Shown here: positions 29,908 through 38,563 of the stretch, piece by piece
How positions within the stretch are numbered: position 1 is the first letter of the stretch
Layout: the number at the start of each line of letters is the position of its first letter
Origin: a virus
Direction: 5' to 3' (one strand)
IMG/VR virus record: IMGVR_UViG_3300045988_159816
Length of the DNA stretch: 64,000 nucleotides
Translations under genes and position numbers: made by a program
The notes under the pieces: generated by a model
The model's database searches: none
What the model was told of the DNA's origin: nothing
The model's input: the letters and a program-made list of their open reading frames with translations, nothing else

Positions 29908-29941
29908 TGGTTATGGAGTTTATTTTGGTCTTTAAAGAAAG
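29908..29941. repeat. right 34-bp inverted repeat of the invertible segment
   Basis: tggttatggagtttattttggtctttaaagaaag. It overlaps the RBS region of the next gene. Confidence 0.8.
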
Positions 29942-29950
29942 GAGTATAAA

Positions 29951-31135
29951 GTGATTAAATTTAGAATATTCAATCAACGATTAAGTTATTATGGAGATTC
30001 TGAAGTAGTTGCAGATAGTAAAGGATATTTAACATTTACACTTGAAACCTCTGAAGATTGGGCTAATTATGTAGGTAAGACTGTACAATTTACAAGGGAC
30101 GGAAAAACTTACAGTGTAACCAATATTTCAGACGGCGTAGAGTATGTTGTTCCTTGGGAAGTCCTTGTTGGTGCAGGAGTAATGCAAGTAAATGCGTTCG
30201 CTGTATCAATGGTGGGAAGTAAAAGAGCAACTACAAATGAAATCCAAATAGAGGTTATAGACAGTGGATTTAATCCGGACGATCTAGAACCAACAGATCC
30301 AACTCCTGATATTTTTGAACAGTATGTTCAACAAGTTCAGGAAAATGCAGATAAAGCAGAACAAGCGGCTAAAGATGCAAAAGATTCTGCGGATACTGCG
30401 CAAGAATTAAAAAACAAAATTGATACTATTTATCAAAATGTTAAAGATATTAAGAGTGACATAGAAGATTTATTAGAACAAGTACAGAATTACGCTAATA
30501 ATGCCTATCAATATGCAGAAGCCGCTAAATTATCTGCACAACAAGCTTCAAAATCTGAAACAGAAGCAGGTCGATATGCAGGCGAAGCAAAGGTATTTTC
30601 TCAAAATGCTAAAGAATCAGAAAATAATGCTAAAATCAGCGCAGATTCTGCTAAAGAATCAGAAAATAATGCTAAAATCAGCGCAGATTCTGCTAAAGGT
30701 AATGCAGAATTAGTCTTAGCGACTAAAGAAGAGATAGATACTATTTATGCAAATATCGAAATAATTAAAGCGGATATTGATAATAAGTATACACAAATTA
30801 ATTCACAAGCAGATTCAATAAATTCGATGTATACTCAAATACAAGAATGGTATAATTCTTTTTTACAATCAGCTTCTTATATAAATTTTACAGATGAAGT
30901 TTCTGAAGATTTATGGAATGCAGACGAAAATGATTATACTCTATCTCTTGATACATCAGGAAGGGCTATTTTAAATATTCAAATGTTGGATACGAATGGA
31001 TTATACACAAGAAGTCCTTTTGTAGATATGGAATTTCCTGATGACGTTAGTGTAACAATCAGGGCTATTGCTCCTTTTACTGGTAGACTATGCTTATACG
31101 AATTAATGAAAGGAAGCGAAACTAATGCTCAATAA
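29951..31135 (+). CDS. tail fibre protein (coiled-coil, repeat-containing)
   Basis: GTG start after aaaggagt. Ala/Lys/Glu-rich coiled coil with an internal 14-aa tandem repeat. Confidence 0.5.
   Translation: MIKFRIFNQRLSYYGDSEVVADSKGYLTFTLETSEDWANYVGKTVQFTRDGKTYSVTNISDGVEYVVPWEVLVGAGVMQVNAFAVSMVGSKRATTNEIQIEVIDSGFNPDDLEPTDPTPDIFEQYVQQVQENADKAEQAAKDAKDSADTAQELKNKIDTIYQNVKDIKSDIEDLLEQVQNYANNAYQYAEAAKLSAQQASKSETEAGRYAGEAKVFSQNAKESENNAKISADSAKESENNAKISADSAKGNAELVLATKEEIDTIYANIEIIKADIDNKYTQINSQADSINSMYTQIQEWYNSFLQSASYINFTDEVSEDLWNADENDYTLSLDTSGRAILNIQMLDTNGLYTRSPFVDMEFPDDVSVTIRAIAPFTGRLCLYELMKGSETNAQ
30608..30691 (+). repeat. perfect 42-bp tandem duplication inside the tail fibre gene
   Basis: gctaaagaatcagaaaataatgctaaaatcagcgcagattct occurs twice, encoding AKESENNAKISADS twice. 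Confidence 0.85.
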
Positions 31136-31679
31136 AATTAGTCAAGTTATTTCTGGATTATCCCTAATCAAATTTATTAATTCTGTTATAGATGGCATAA
31201 ACGCTCATTTATCTGATTATAATAATCCTCATAAAGTAACAGCGGCTCAATTAGGTTTATCTAATGCGTATAAATATAAGGGTAGTGTTGAAACTTATGA
31301 GGATTTACCAACATCAGCTGAAAGTGGTGATGTTTATAATGTTGTTAAAGGTGATAAAGAACAAGGTATTGCAGATGGAGCAAATTTTGCTTGGGACGGT
31401 ACTAAATGGGATAATTTAGGCGGGTTATTAACTGGTACAGGTGCAATTAGGGTTGAATTTGTGGCTGCAAGTTGGCAAATTAATTCTTCCACTAATTTAT
31501 ATGAACTTCCATTAAATCTTTTTGAACAAGTGGAAAGTGTTGGTGTTTTAAGTGTTGAGGCTGTTGAAAATAATGAAAGACATAGCGTTTTAATCGACAC
31601 TATTGGGAATAAAGTAGTTGCTTTAAATGCTTTTGATGGTGCTATTTATTATACAACTTTTCGGGAGGTAACACAATGA
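31125..31679 (+). CDS. tail fibre N-terminal/adaptor protein
   Basis: Fibre-like motifs NPHKVTAAQLGL and ANFAWDGTKWDNLGG. Confidence 0.45.
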   Translation: MLNKISQVISGLSLIKFINSVIDGINAHLSDYNNPHKVTAAQLGLSNAYKYKGSVETYEDLPTSAESGDVYNVVKGDKEQGIADGANFAWDGTKWDNLGGLLTGTGAIRVEFVAASWQINSSTNLYELPLNLFEQVESVGVLSVEAVENNERHSVLIDTIGNKVVALNAFDGAIYYTTFREVTQ

Positions 31680-33511
31680 AAAAAATTTCTCGCCAGCAAG
31701 ATGTAACAGTAGCTAATGTTTTAAGATGTTTAAATGAATTAAATGATGAAAATATGGTTTATGTCGGAACAGAACCTCCGGAAGAAGTTAAAAAAGGATT
31801 AATATGGGTAAATCCAGAAGAAATAACAGAAGAACCTGAAAAAATTTATGTTGGTCATATGGTTGGGGATATCTATCCTGTTAGTTATACCGAATTAGAA
31901 TCGGGTCAATTAGTATTAAAAGGTCAGTTAGTTAGTCGTGAAATTTATGGTGTATTATGGGCATGGTTGCAAAAACACCCTAGTTTACTAATAACAGAAC
32001 AAGAATATACCGAATATTTAAATTCCTCAGAAAATTTATGTTGTCCTTATTTTAGCACAGGAACAACAGAAAATAATTTCAGATTACCTAATTATAATGG
32101 CGTATTCTTTAAAGCAACTAATGATACTTCTAAAATTAACGAATTTGAAACTGATAAACAGAGAAATATAACTGGTAGCTATGTTCAACTAGCTACCAGT
32201 TGGGATGATGGTGGAAGAGGTGTAATATCATTTTCAATGTCAGGAGCTTATTCTTCTACAGATGGTGGTACAACTAATGACAGTATACATCAGGATCCCA
32301 GTGATAGGACAGGTATAACAATAGATTTCGACGCCTCTCGTTCCGTCGGAACTGAGCACACTGGCAGCGAAGTTAAACCTAAAAGTCTTAATCAGGTATG
32401 GGTAGTTCAAGCTTTCGGAGTAATCACTAATGCAAGTTCCCTTGATATCTCTGTTTTAGAACAACAAATACAACAAATTACAGATTATAGCAATTATGAA
32501 GTTTCGTGTATTAAGAATAATCCAGTTTATTACAATAGAGATCAATTATTTTATTCTAATAAAACAAATATCACAATTCCAAAAAATCTAAAAATAAACA
32601 TTGATGGAGAATGTTATATAAGTACCATTAATAAAGTTCTTCAATTATCCACTGTAGACACTCCTCAAAATTTAGCCGGGAAAGATGTTTACATTTATGC
32701 TTGTAAACCTCAAGATATTTCTTCTACAGAGCCAATTTTCATTTTGTCTTTAAATAGTACAGTGCCCACAGGTTATACTGCAAGTTCTAGCCGTAAAATA
32801 GGTGGATTTCATTGTTTATGTGCAGATGTTGGTACAATAGATGGACATACTTTATCCGGATATGTTACTGGAGATATTTTACCCGCATCAATTTGGGATT
32901 TACTACACAGACCTAAAGGAGATTCAGAAGGACTTGCTTATGATGAAGTTTCTGAATGTTGGTTAAGTATTTATCAATTAAGTTGGGACGGCACTAAATT
33001 AGTCAGTGTTTATAATGGAGTTATTGCAGATGGTACTTCAACTAAAAAATGGCATGGTGAAGCTTTTATTGAACAATTAATGAATCAAAAAATGCGATTA
33101 CCTTGGCGACATGAATTTCAGATGGCGGCAAAAGGAAGTAATGAAGGAACATCAATTAAGAATGCAGCAGATCCTAATACTACAGGTGGTCATGTAGATA
33201 GTAACAATAGAAGAATGATTAGTAATATTGGATTAGAAGATTGTTGTGGCTGTTCTTGGCAATGGGCTATGGATTTAGGCTTTGCAGGGGGATCAGGATG
33301 GAATGATTCTGTTTATAATTCCAATGTTGATTCTCAAAGATATGGTCAGTCTTATGGTACTTTATATCGTTTGCTCCTGGGCGCTTGCTGGTATAGCGGT
33401 TCGTATTGCGGTTCTCGTTCTGTCGCTTGTCATTCTGGCTCGTCTAGTGTCATTTCCGCTTACTCTGCGCGCGGTGCGTCGGAGCCGAGGGTTGTCACGA
33501 ATTTAAACTAA
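31676..33511 (+). CDS. DGR target: tail fibre/receptor-binding protein with C-terminal variable region
   Basis: N-terminal collar-like segment paralogous to the 28752 and 35487 proteins. The 3' end carries the VR. The C-terminus ...GACWYSGSYCGSRSVACHSGSSS is of the type usually found in DGR variable regions. Confidence 0.8.
   Translation: MKKISRQQDVTVANVLRCLNELNDENMVYVGTEPPEEVKKGLIWVNPEEITEEPEKIYVGHMVGDIYPVSYTELESGQLVLKGQLVSREIYGVLWAWLQKHPSLLITEQEYTEYLNSSENLCCPYFSTGTTENNFRLPNYNGVFFKATNDTSKINEFETDKQRNITGSYVQLATSWDDGGRGVISFSMSGAYSSTDGGTTNDSIHQDPSDRTGITIDFDASRSVGTEHTGSEVKPKSLNQVWVVQAFGVITNASSLDISVLEQQIQQITDYSNYEVSCIKNNPVYYNRDQLFYSNKTNITIPKNLKINIDGECYISTINKVLQLSTVDTPQNLAGKDVYIYACKPQDISSTEPIFILSLNSTVPTGYTASSSRKIGGFHCLCADVGTIDGHTLSGYVTGDILPASIWDLLHRPKGDSEGLAYDEVSECWLSIYQLSWDGTKLVSVYNGVIADGTSTKKWHGEAFIEQLMNQKMRLPWRHEFQMAAKGSNEGTSIKNAADPNTTGGHVDSNNRRMISNIGLEDCCGCSWQWAMDLGFAGGSGWNDSVYNSNVDSQRYGQSYGTLYRLLLGACWYSGSYCGSRSVACHSGSSSVISAYSARGASEPRVVTNLN
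33369..33483 (+). repeat. DGR variable repeat (VR)
   Basis: 115 bp aligned to the TR with 20 mismatches, every one at a TR adenine. Confidence 0.85.
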
Positions 33512-33544
33512 TGACCGAGGGAACTATTTTACGAGGAAAACGGT

Positions 33545-33566
33545 GGCTAGTATGAAATACTAGCCA
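33545..33566 (+). terminator. hairpin downstream of the target gene (possible terminator, followed by TATAAT at 33584-33589)
   Basis: ggctagtat-gaaa-atactagcc perfect 9-bp stem. Confidence 0.4.
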
Positions 33567-33634
33567 AAGCTAACTTTTTAGTGTATAATATTAATTAGGT
33601 TAATGTATTTTTCAGTAGCTGGCGGTTTTTTCGG

Positions 33635-33749
33635 GTTTGCTCATGGGCGCTAACTGGAATAACAGTTCGAATTGCAGTTCTCGTTCTGTCAATTGTAATA
33701 ATGGCTCGTCTAATGTCAATTCCAATTACTCTGCACGCAGTACGTCGGA
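33635..33749 (+). repeat. DGR template repeat (TR), non-coding
   Basis: gtttgctcatgggcgctaactggaataacag...gtacgtcgga. It is rich in AAC/AAT codons in the VR frame, and no ORF covers it. Confidence 0.85.
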
Positions 33750-33859
33750 TACGGGGAAAATTAGCAGGTGCGGCTAACCCTCGGCTGATACATTGACCTT
33801 GCTGAAAAGCAAAATACGAAAAAGGGTGAAGCAGTGGTTAGTAGTTAATTCGAACGTCA

Positions 33860-34906
33860 TTGCTTCAATTTTTAATAATGAAAAGACATAATAATTTATT
33901 TGACAAAATTGTAGACAAGGATAATCTTTTGTTAGCGTATAAAAAAGCTAAAAAACATAAAAGCTGGCAACAAAAAGTTATTCGTGTTGAAAAAGATTTG
34001 GATAATTTAATTGAAGAATTAAGATTAAGTCTAATTAATGGTACTTACAAAACAGCTGAATACAGAACAAAGAAAATTTATGAACCAAAAGAAAGAACAA
34101 TTTATGTACTTCCATTTTATCCAGATCGCATTGTTCATCACGCTATAATGAATATTTTAGAACCTATATGGGATAACCTTTTTATTTCTGATAGTTATGC
34201 TTGTAGAAATGGTAAAGGTCAACATAAAGGAAGTCAAAAATGTATGGAATTTGTTCGCAAAAATAAGTATTGTTTAAAATGTGATATTAGTAAATTTTAT
34301 CCATCTATAAATCATGAAATATTAAAATTAATTATTCGTAAGAAAATAAAATGTAAACGCACTTTAAATTTATTAGATACCATTATTGATAGTATTGATG
34401 GAGAAACAAATATTCCTATTGGTAATTATCTTAGTCAATGGTTTGGAAATTTATATTTAAACGAATTAGATATGTTTATGAAACATGATAATAAAATTAA
34501 ATGTTATATTCGTTATTGTGATGATTTTCTTTTATTTTCTAATGATAAAGCTTTATTAAAAGAAATGGCTATTAAAATCAAAGATTATGTTGAAAATATT
34601 TTAAAATTAAGATTAAGTAAATGTAATTTATTCCCGACTTCTCAGGGAATAGATTTTTTAGGTTATAGGCATTTTTCGTCTGGATATATTCTTGTTCGTA
34701 AAACTACAGCTAAAAGAATGAAGAAAAGAATCCGGAGATTAAAATGGGAATTGGCTAAAAAGAAAATTACTAATGATAGAGCTTTATCTGTTATTGGAAG
34801 TATTTCGGGCTGGTTAAAATGGGCTAATACATATAACCTTCAAATATCCTTACAACTAAATGAATTAAAAGAATCTATAGGAGGTTCTGTTAATGAACAA
34901 ATTTAG
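33860..34906 (+). CDS. DGR reverse transcriptase
   Basis: Motifs DISKFYPSINHE (motif A), IPIGNYLSQWFGNLYLNELD (motif B) and YCDDFLLF (YxDD). The 348-aa size is typical of DGR RTs. Confidence 0.9.
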   Translation: MLQFLIMKRHNNLFDKIVDKDNLLLAYKKAKKHKSWQQKVIRVEKDLDNLIEELRLSLINGTYKTAEYRTKKIYEPKERTIYVLPFYPDRIVHHAIMNILEPIWDNLFISDSYACRNGKGQHKGSQKCMEFVRKNKYCLKCDISKFYPSINHEILKLIIRKKIKCKRTLNLLDTIIDSIDGETNIPIGNYLSQWFGNLYLNELDMFMKHDNKIKCYIRYCDDFLLFSNDKALLKEMAIKIKDYVENILKLRLSKCNLFPTSQGIDFLGYRHFSSGYILVRKTTAKRMKKRIRRLKWELAKKKITNDRALSVIGSISGWLKWANTYNLQISLQLNELKESIGGSVNEQI

Positions 34907-35174
34907 TGATTTTGCCGAAGAAAAATTTATCGGCGAAAAGATTAAAATATCAAAAGTGTTGAATAAAGAAATTAAAGTTTTAGCTTTTCAAGTTAAGAAA
35001 AGTAAAATTGAAAAAGATGGTTTTTATATTCAAATGCAAATAGAAGTAGACGATGAAAGAAAAGTCTTATTTACTAATTCAAGTGTATTAAAAGACCAAC
35101 TTGAAAAGTATAAAGATAACCTTCCATTTATCACTACTATTATCCAACCAAAGAAATATTTTTCATTTAGTTAG
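34893..35174 (+). CDS. hypothetical protein downstream of the RT
   Basis: 93-aa Lys-rich ORF. It appears beta-rich, unlike the helical Avd fold. Confidence 0.4.
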   Translation: MNKFSDFAEEKFIGEKIKISKVLNKEIKVLAFQVKKSKIEKDGFYIQMQIEVDDERKVLFTNSSVLKDQLEKYKDNLPFITTIIQPKKYFSFS

Positions 35175-35185
35175 GAGGATTATTA

Positions 35186-35484
35186 TGTATGGCTATCCAA
35201 AAGCACTAAAAACAAAAGAAGATTATGAATATGTTCGTAATTATTTTCCAAAAGAACTTTGGAAAAAAGATTTTCAGGCTTTATTAGATACTCAATATGA
35301 TTGGTTTTTTATTGATAAACTACTAAAAAATGAAGAGGTTGTTTTAAAGAAAAATCAAAGAATTGAGTATAATGAAGAATTAGATGAAAGATACTTATAC
35401 GAATATAAGTATAATCCTAATTGTAAATTAGCTACTATTGGTTATTCAGAAGAAGAAGTACAATCAATTTTACAGGAGGATTAA
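35186..35484 (+). CDS. hypothetical protein
   Basis: ATG at 35186 follows ttaggaggatt. The track start at 35101 overlaps the previous ORF. Confidence 0.4.
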
Positions 35485-35486
35485 TC

Positions 35487-37091
35487 ATGGCAGATGTAAA
35501 AATTTATGACGGCGAAAAATTTGTAAACTTTAACATATCAAATGGTATTGAATTACCTGTAGGATTTGAATACTATGTACCTTATTCAGAATTAGATAGT
35601 GGTCAATTAATTCGTGATGGACAAATTGTAAGTCGTAGTGTTTATAAAGATTTATGGGATTTTGTTCAAAAGCATCCGTCTTTATTATTGACCGAGGAAC
35701 AATGGCAAGCTGAATTATCTGCTAATGAAGGAATAGTAAATAATTATTATTCTTCGGGTGATGGTTCAACTACTTTTAGATTACCTAAAGCTGGAGTTAT
35801 TGAATTACCTGTTATCACAGCTGAAGGACTTAATAAATTTAGTACGGATAGTTTTAAATCTCATAATCACGAAAATATAACAGAGCCTATTAGTGGAAAA
35901 ATATTAAATCCTATATATTGGAATACTACTGATAATGGTGCAATATTAAATAACGCAAATATTAAATCTCAAAACTCTGGCTCTCTTACTCCTTATTTTG
36001 CGCCACTATCAGGAACTAATATAACTAATGTTGGAGGAACAGAAACTAAACCTAAAACAATAACTAAATTAGCTGTAGTTCAAGCCTTTGGTAGAGTTAT
36101 AAATACAGGTACTTTAGATATTAATGATTTGGTAAACGATGTAAATAACTTAATTCAATCTAATCATATTAAAACCTATACAGATTTAACTCAAATTGGC
36201 TTAACTAATGGAATTGAGCAATTCCAGGATATTGGTAAAAACTTGCCTGAAAATTCTCAAATAACTTATCGAGTTTGGGAGAAAGATAATCATAATCACG
36301 TCCTTTATCCTAGTATAAGTGGAATATTCACAATGGAAAAAGCAATAACATTTTGCAGATGTTTTTATAATAGTATAACACCTAATAAACAATGGCAAAT
36401 GGCTTTTGATTATCGTGATGAATTTTACATTGAACCAACTTGGGAATTATTAGCAAAAAATAATAAATTGAGTATGCCTTCTAATAACAAGATAATTATT
36501 AATTTAAAAAATCAGGGAGATTCCTGGACAGCTCCCTGTGATGGTTATATATGGGGAATGAAAATTGGGGGTAGTGATGTTGTAAACAGTTGGTTAAATG
36601 TTTGGGACTCTACTGATGCAGATACAAGTAATTATGGCACTTTGATTTATTGTGATTATGGTCAACCATATATTAATTTATGCGGTAATTTAGCTGTACG
36701 AAAAGGGCAAACTGTTTATTTTAACTGGAATAATAATTGTAGAGTATATTTTTATCCAGCTTTAAATAATAATATGCCTGTTTATGGTGAGGATGTAAGA
36801 ATTTACATCAAAGCTATTAATATAAATGGTTATCCAGTTAAGGGAGCTAATGTTGAGATAACAATATCTTCTGGCCATACAGAAAATGGAAAAACTAATA
36901 ATGATGGTAGATATTTACTATCCTACGCTGGTTATAAGAAGATAAAAAATGCAAATATAAGTTCAGGCGATATGCCTAAAGTGATGGATGTTAAAGTATC
37001 AAGCAACGAAGGAAGTGACGTACTCACACTTTATAATTTAGAAGAATTACAAGAAAATAAAATTTATGATTTAGAAATACACATTGTATAA
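35487..37091 (+). CDS. tail fibre protein (third collar-domain paralog)
   Basis: The N-terminal YVPYSELDSGQLIRDGQIVSRSVYKDLWDFVQKHPSLLLTEE...GDGSTTFRLP parallels the DGR target N-terminus. It has no VR. Confidence 0.6.
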   Translation: MADVKIYDGEKFVNFNISNGIELPVGFEYYVPYSELDSGQLIRDGQIVSRSVYKDLWDFVQKHPSLLLTEEQWQAELSANEGIVNNYYSSGDGSTTFRLPKAGVIELPVITAEGLNKFSTDSFKSHNHENITEPISGKILNPIYWNTTDNGAILNNANIKSQNSGSLTPYFAPLSGTNITNVGGTETKPKTITKLAVVQAFGRVINTGTLDINDLVNDVNNLIQSNHIKTYTDLTQIGLTNGIEQFQDIGKNLPENSQITYRVWEKDNHNHVLYPSISGIFTMEKAITFCRCFYNSITPNKQWQMAFDYRDEFYIEPTWELLAKNNKLSMPSNNKIIINLKNQGDSWTAPCDGYIWGMKIGGSDVVNSWLNVWDSTDADTSNYGTLIYCDYGQPYINLCGNLAVRKGQTVYFNWNNNCRVYFYPALNNNMPVYGEDVRIYIKAININGYPVKGANVEITISSGHTENGKTNNDGRYLLSYAGYKKIKNANISSGDMPKVMDVKVSSNEGSDVLTLYNLEELQENKIYDLEIHIV

Positions 37092-37103
37092 TTATAATAA
37101 AGC

Positions 37104-37132
37104 TTGACAAAATAAAAGAAATATACTATAAT
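37104..37132 (+). promoter_or_regulatory. sigma-70-like promoter ahead of the lysis genes
   Basis: TTGACA at 37104-37109 and TATAAT at 37127-37132. Confidence 0.5.
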
Positions 37133-37145
37133 TAAGGAGTATAAG

Positions 37146-37475
37146 ATGAAAGATAAAATACTTAACTGGTTTAAAAAATTGGTTGAAAATACACCACAAT
37201 TAATAGGTAACAAATACATTAAGTATATAGCTTTCTACCTTATATTGGTGTATCTCGGCTTTACTGTAATGTTTGTTTACGGATGGATACATAACCTAAA
37301 TGTAACAAATGAAGCAGACTTGCCGATAATTATTTCATTTTTGACTTTCTTTGTAAGTGGGTCAACTGTTTATGCTATTACATTTTTAGCTAAATTATTT
37401 ATTGATAAAAATAATAATGGCATATCAGATATTCTTGAAGGAAAGGAGGAAAAAGACAATGGTAACTATAAATGA
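37146..37475 (+). CDS. holin (putative)
   Basis: 109 aa with 2-3 TM helices and a charged C-terminus, directly upstream of the endolysin. Confidence 0.55.
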   Translation: MKDKILNWFKKLVENTPQLIGNKYIKYIAFYLILVYLGFTVMFVYGWIHNLNVTNEADLPIIISFLTFFVSGSTVYAITFLAKLFIDKNNNGISDILEGKEEKDNGNYK

Positions 37476-38001
37476 AATCATTGCACTTGCCGAAAGGGCT
37501 AAAAATGGTGGTATTAATCGAATTTATTGTCATCATACTGGTGGATTATACAAAATGAATAGTGTTGAAAAAGAACATTATCATATTTGTATTGAAAGTG
37601 ATGGAACTGTTCGTATTAATGGTGAACTTACAGACTACAAAGAGCATACATGGCATCGAAACAGTAATGCTATTGGAATCGCTTTATGTTGTGCTTATGG
37701 GGCGACTGTTTATAAAAATCCTGAAAGAATTAATTGGAACGGTTATCCACCAACACCAATTCAAGTCGAACGGTTAGCCGAGGTAATTTGTTTTATAGCA
37801 ACTGTTCTAGAAATTCCAATAGACTCAGAGCATGTTATGACTCATGCAGAAATCGCTGATATTGATGGTTATGGTCTTTATGGTAATGATCCGGATTTAA
37901 GATGGGATTTACTTCTTTTAGACGATCCCGGAACAGGTAGAAAAGATCAGCCCGGCGGCGATGTAATTCGTGGATTGGCAATCTGGAAACAAAATAATTG
38001 A
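37459..38001 (+). CDS. endolysin, N-acetylmuramoyl-L-alanine amidase (Amidase_2/PGRP type)
   Basis: RBS aaggagg before the ATG at 37459. Zn-amidase-like motifs IYCHHTGG...HYHICIESDG...WHRNSNAIGIALC. Confidence 0.75.
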   Translation: MVTINEIIALAERAKNGGINRIYCHHTGGLYKMNSVEKEHYHICIESDGTVRINGELTDYKEHTWHRNSNAIGIALCCAYGATVYKNPERINWNGYPPTPIQVERLAEVICFIATVLEIPIDSEHVMTHAEIADIDGYGLYGNDPDLRWDLLLLDDPGTGRKDQPGGDVIRGLAIWKQNN

Positions 38002-38014
38002 GGAGGAATCTAAA

Positions 38015-38134
38015 ATGGAAGAAATTAAAGAATTTTTTGATAAAATAAAAGCTACTTTTAATCGTTATCCAAAACTGATCTCCTTTGGACTTGGATTTGC
38101 AATCGGAGTTTACTTTACTTGGAAGCAATGGTAA
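38015..38134 (+). CDS. small membrane protein (39 aa)
   Basis: Strong RBS ttgaggaggaatc. Single TM segment GLGFAIGVYFTW. Confidence 0.3.
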   Translation: MEEIKEFFDKIKATFNRYPKLISFGLGFAIGVYFTWKQW

Positions 38135-38554
38135 ATGAAAAGAAAAATATTTTTCATGCTTTTGTTGTTTGGTTTATCATTGGGTTTATGTCAGCAGGCT
38201 TATGCACAGGATTATTATTTAGTTCCAGCGAAGAAATTCGAAATGCAAGAACAACAAATAGCGCAAGCGATATCCCTAAACGAACAATCGATAAACAAAA
38301 TTCTGACGTTGAAAAAACAACGGACGGAATTAAACAACAACTTACAGAAAGCCAATCAGTCAGTAATAACATTGGAAAAACAGCAAACGATGTTGAAGAC
38401 ATCTTACGACAACAAAATCAAATACTTAGAGAGTTGCAATCAGACTTTAGAACAGGAGTCCAAAGAATACAAAAAGAAGATTAAACAATTAAAAGCTGAA
38501 AAAACTTTATTGTATATTGGACTTGGCACTGTTTTATTAATTGCGATATCCTAG
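38135..38554 (+). CDS. secreted/lipoprotein-like coiled-coil protein with C-terminal TM anchor
   Basis: N-terminal signal MKRKIFFMLLLFGLSLGLC, a Q/K-rich coiled coil and the C-terminal TM LLYIGLGTVLLIAIS. Confidence 0.45.
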   Translation: MKRKIFFMLLLFGLSLGLCQQAYAQDYYLVPAKKFEMQEQQIAQAISLNEQSINKILTLKKQRTELNNNLQKANQSVITLEKQQTMLKTSYDNKIKYLESCNQTLEQESKEYKKKIKQLKAEKTLLYIGLGTVLLIAIS

Positions 38555-38563
38555 GAGGATGTA

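Noticed and set aside
33282-33506. 74-aa ORF overlapping the 3' end of the DGR target gene
   Set aside because: It is an alternative frame inside the VR of a well-supported gene, and its product is Leu/Val/Arg-rich low complexity. It is spurious.
33860-34906. The reverse transcriptase as a retron or group II intron RT
   Set aside because: No intron RNA domains or maturase/endonuclease extension are present. It sits next to a TR/VR pair with adenine-only mismatches, which is diagnostic of a DGR.
34893-35484. Two small ORFs after the RT as the DGR accessory variability determinant (Avd)
   Set aside because: Their sequences have alternating hydrophobic, beta-like patterns rather than a basic four-helix bundle. 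This cannot be excluded without structure prediction.
38119-38484. 121-aa ORF overlapping 38135..38554 in another frame
   Set aside because: The co-located 139-aa frame has a clear signal peptide, a coiled coil and a C-terminal TM helix. The alternative frame is Ser/Thr-rich and has no RBS.
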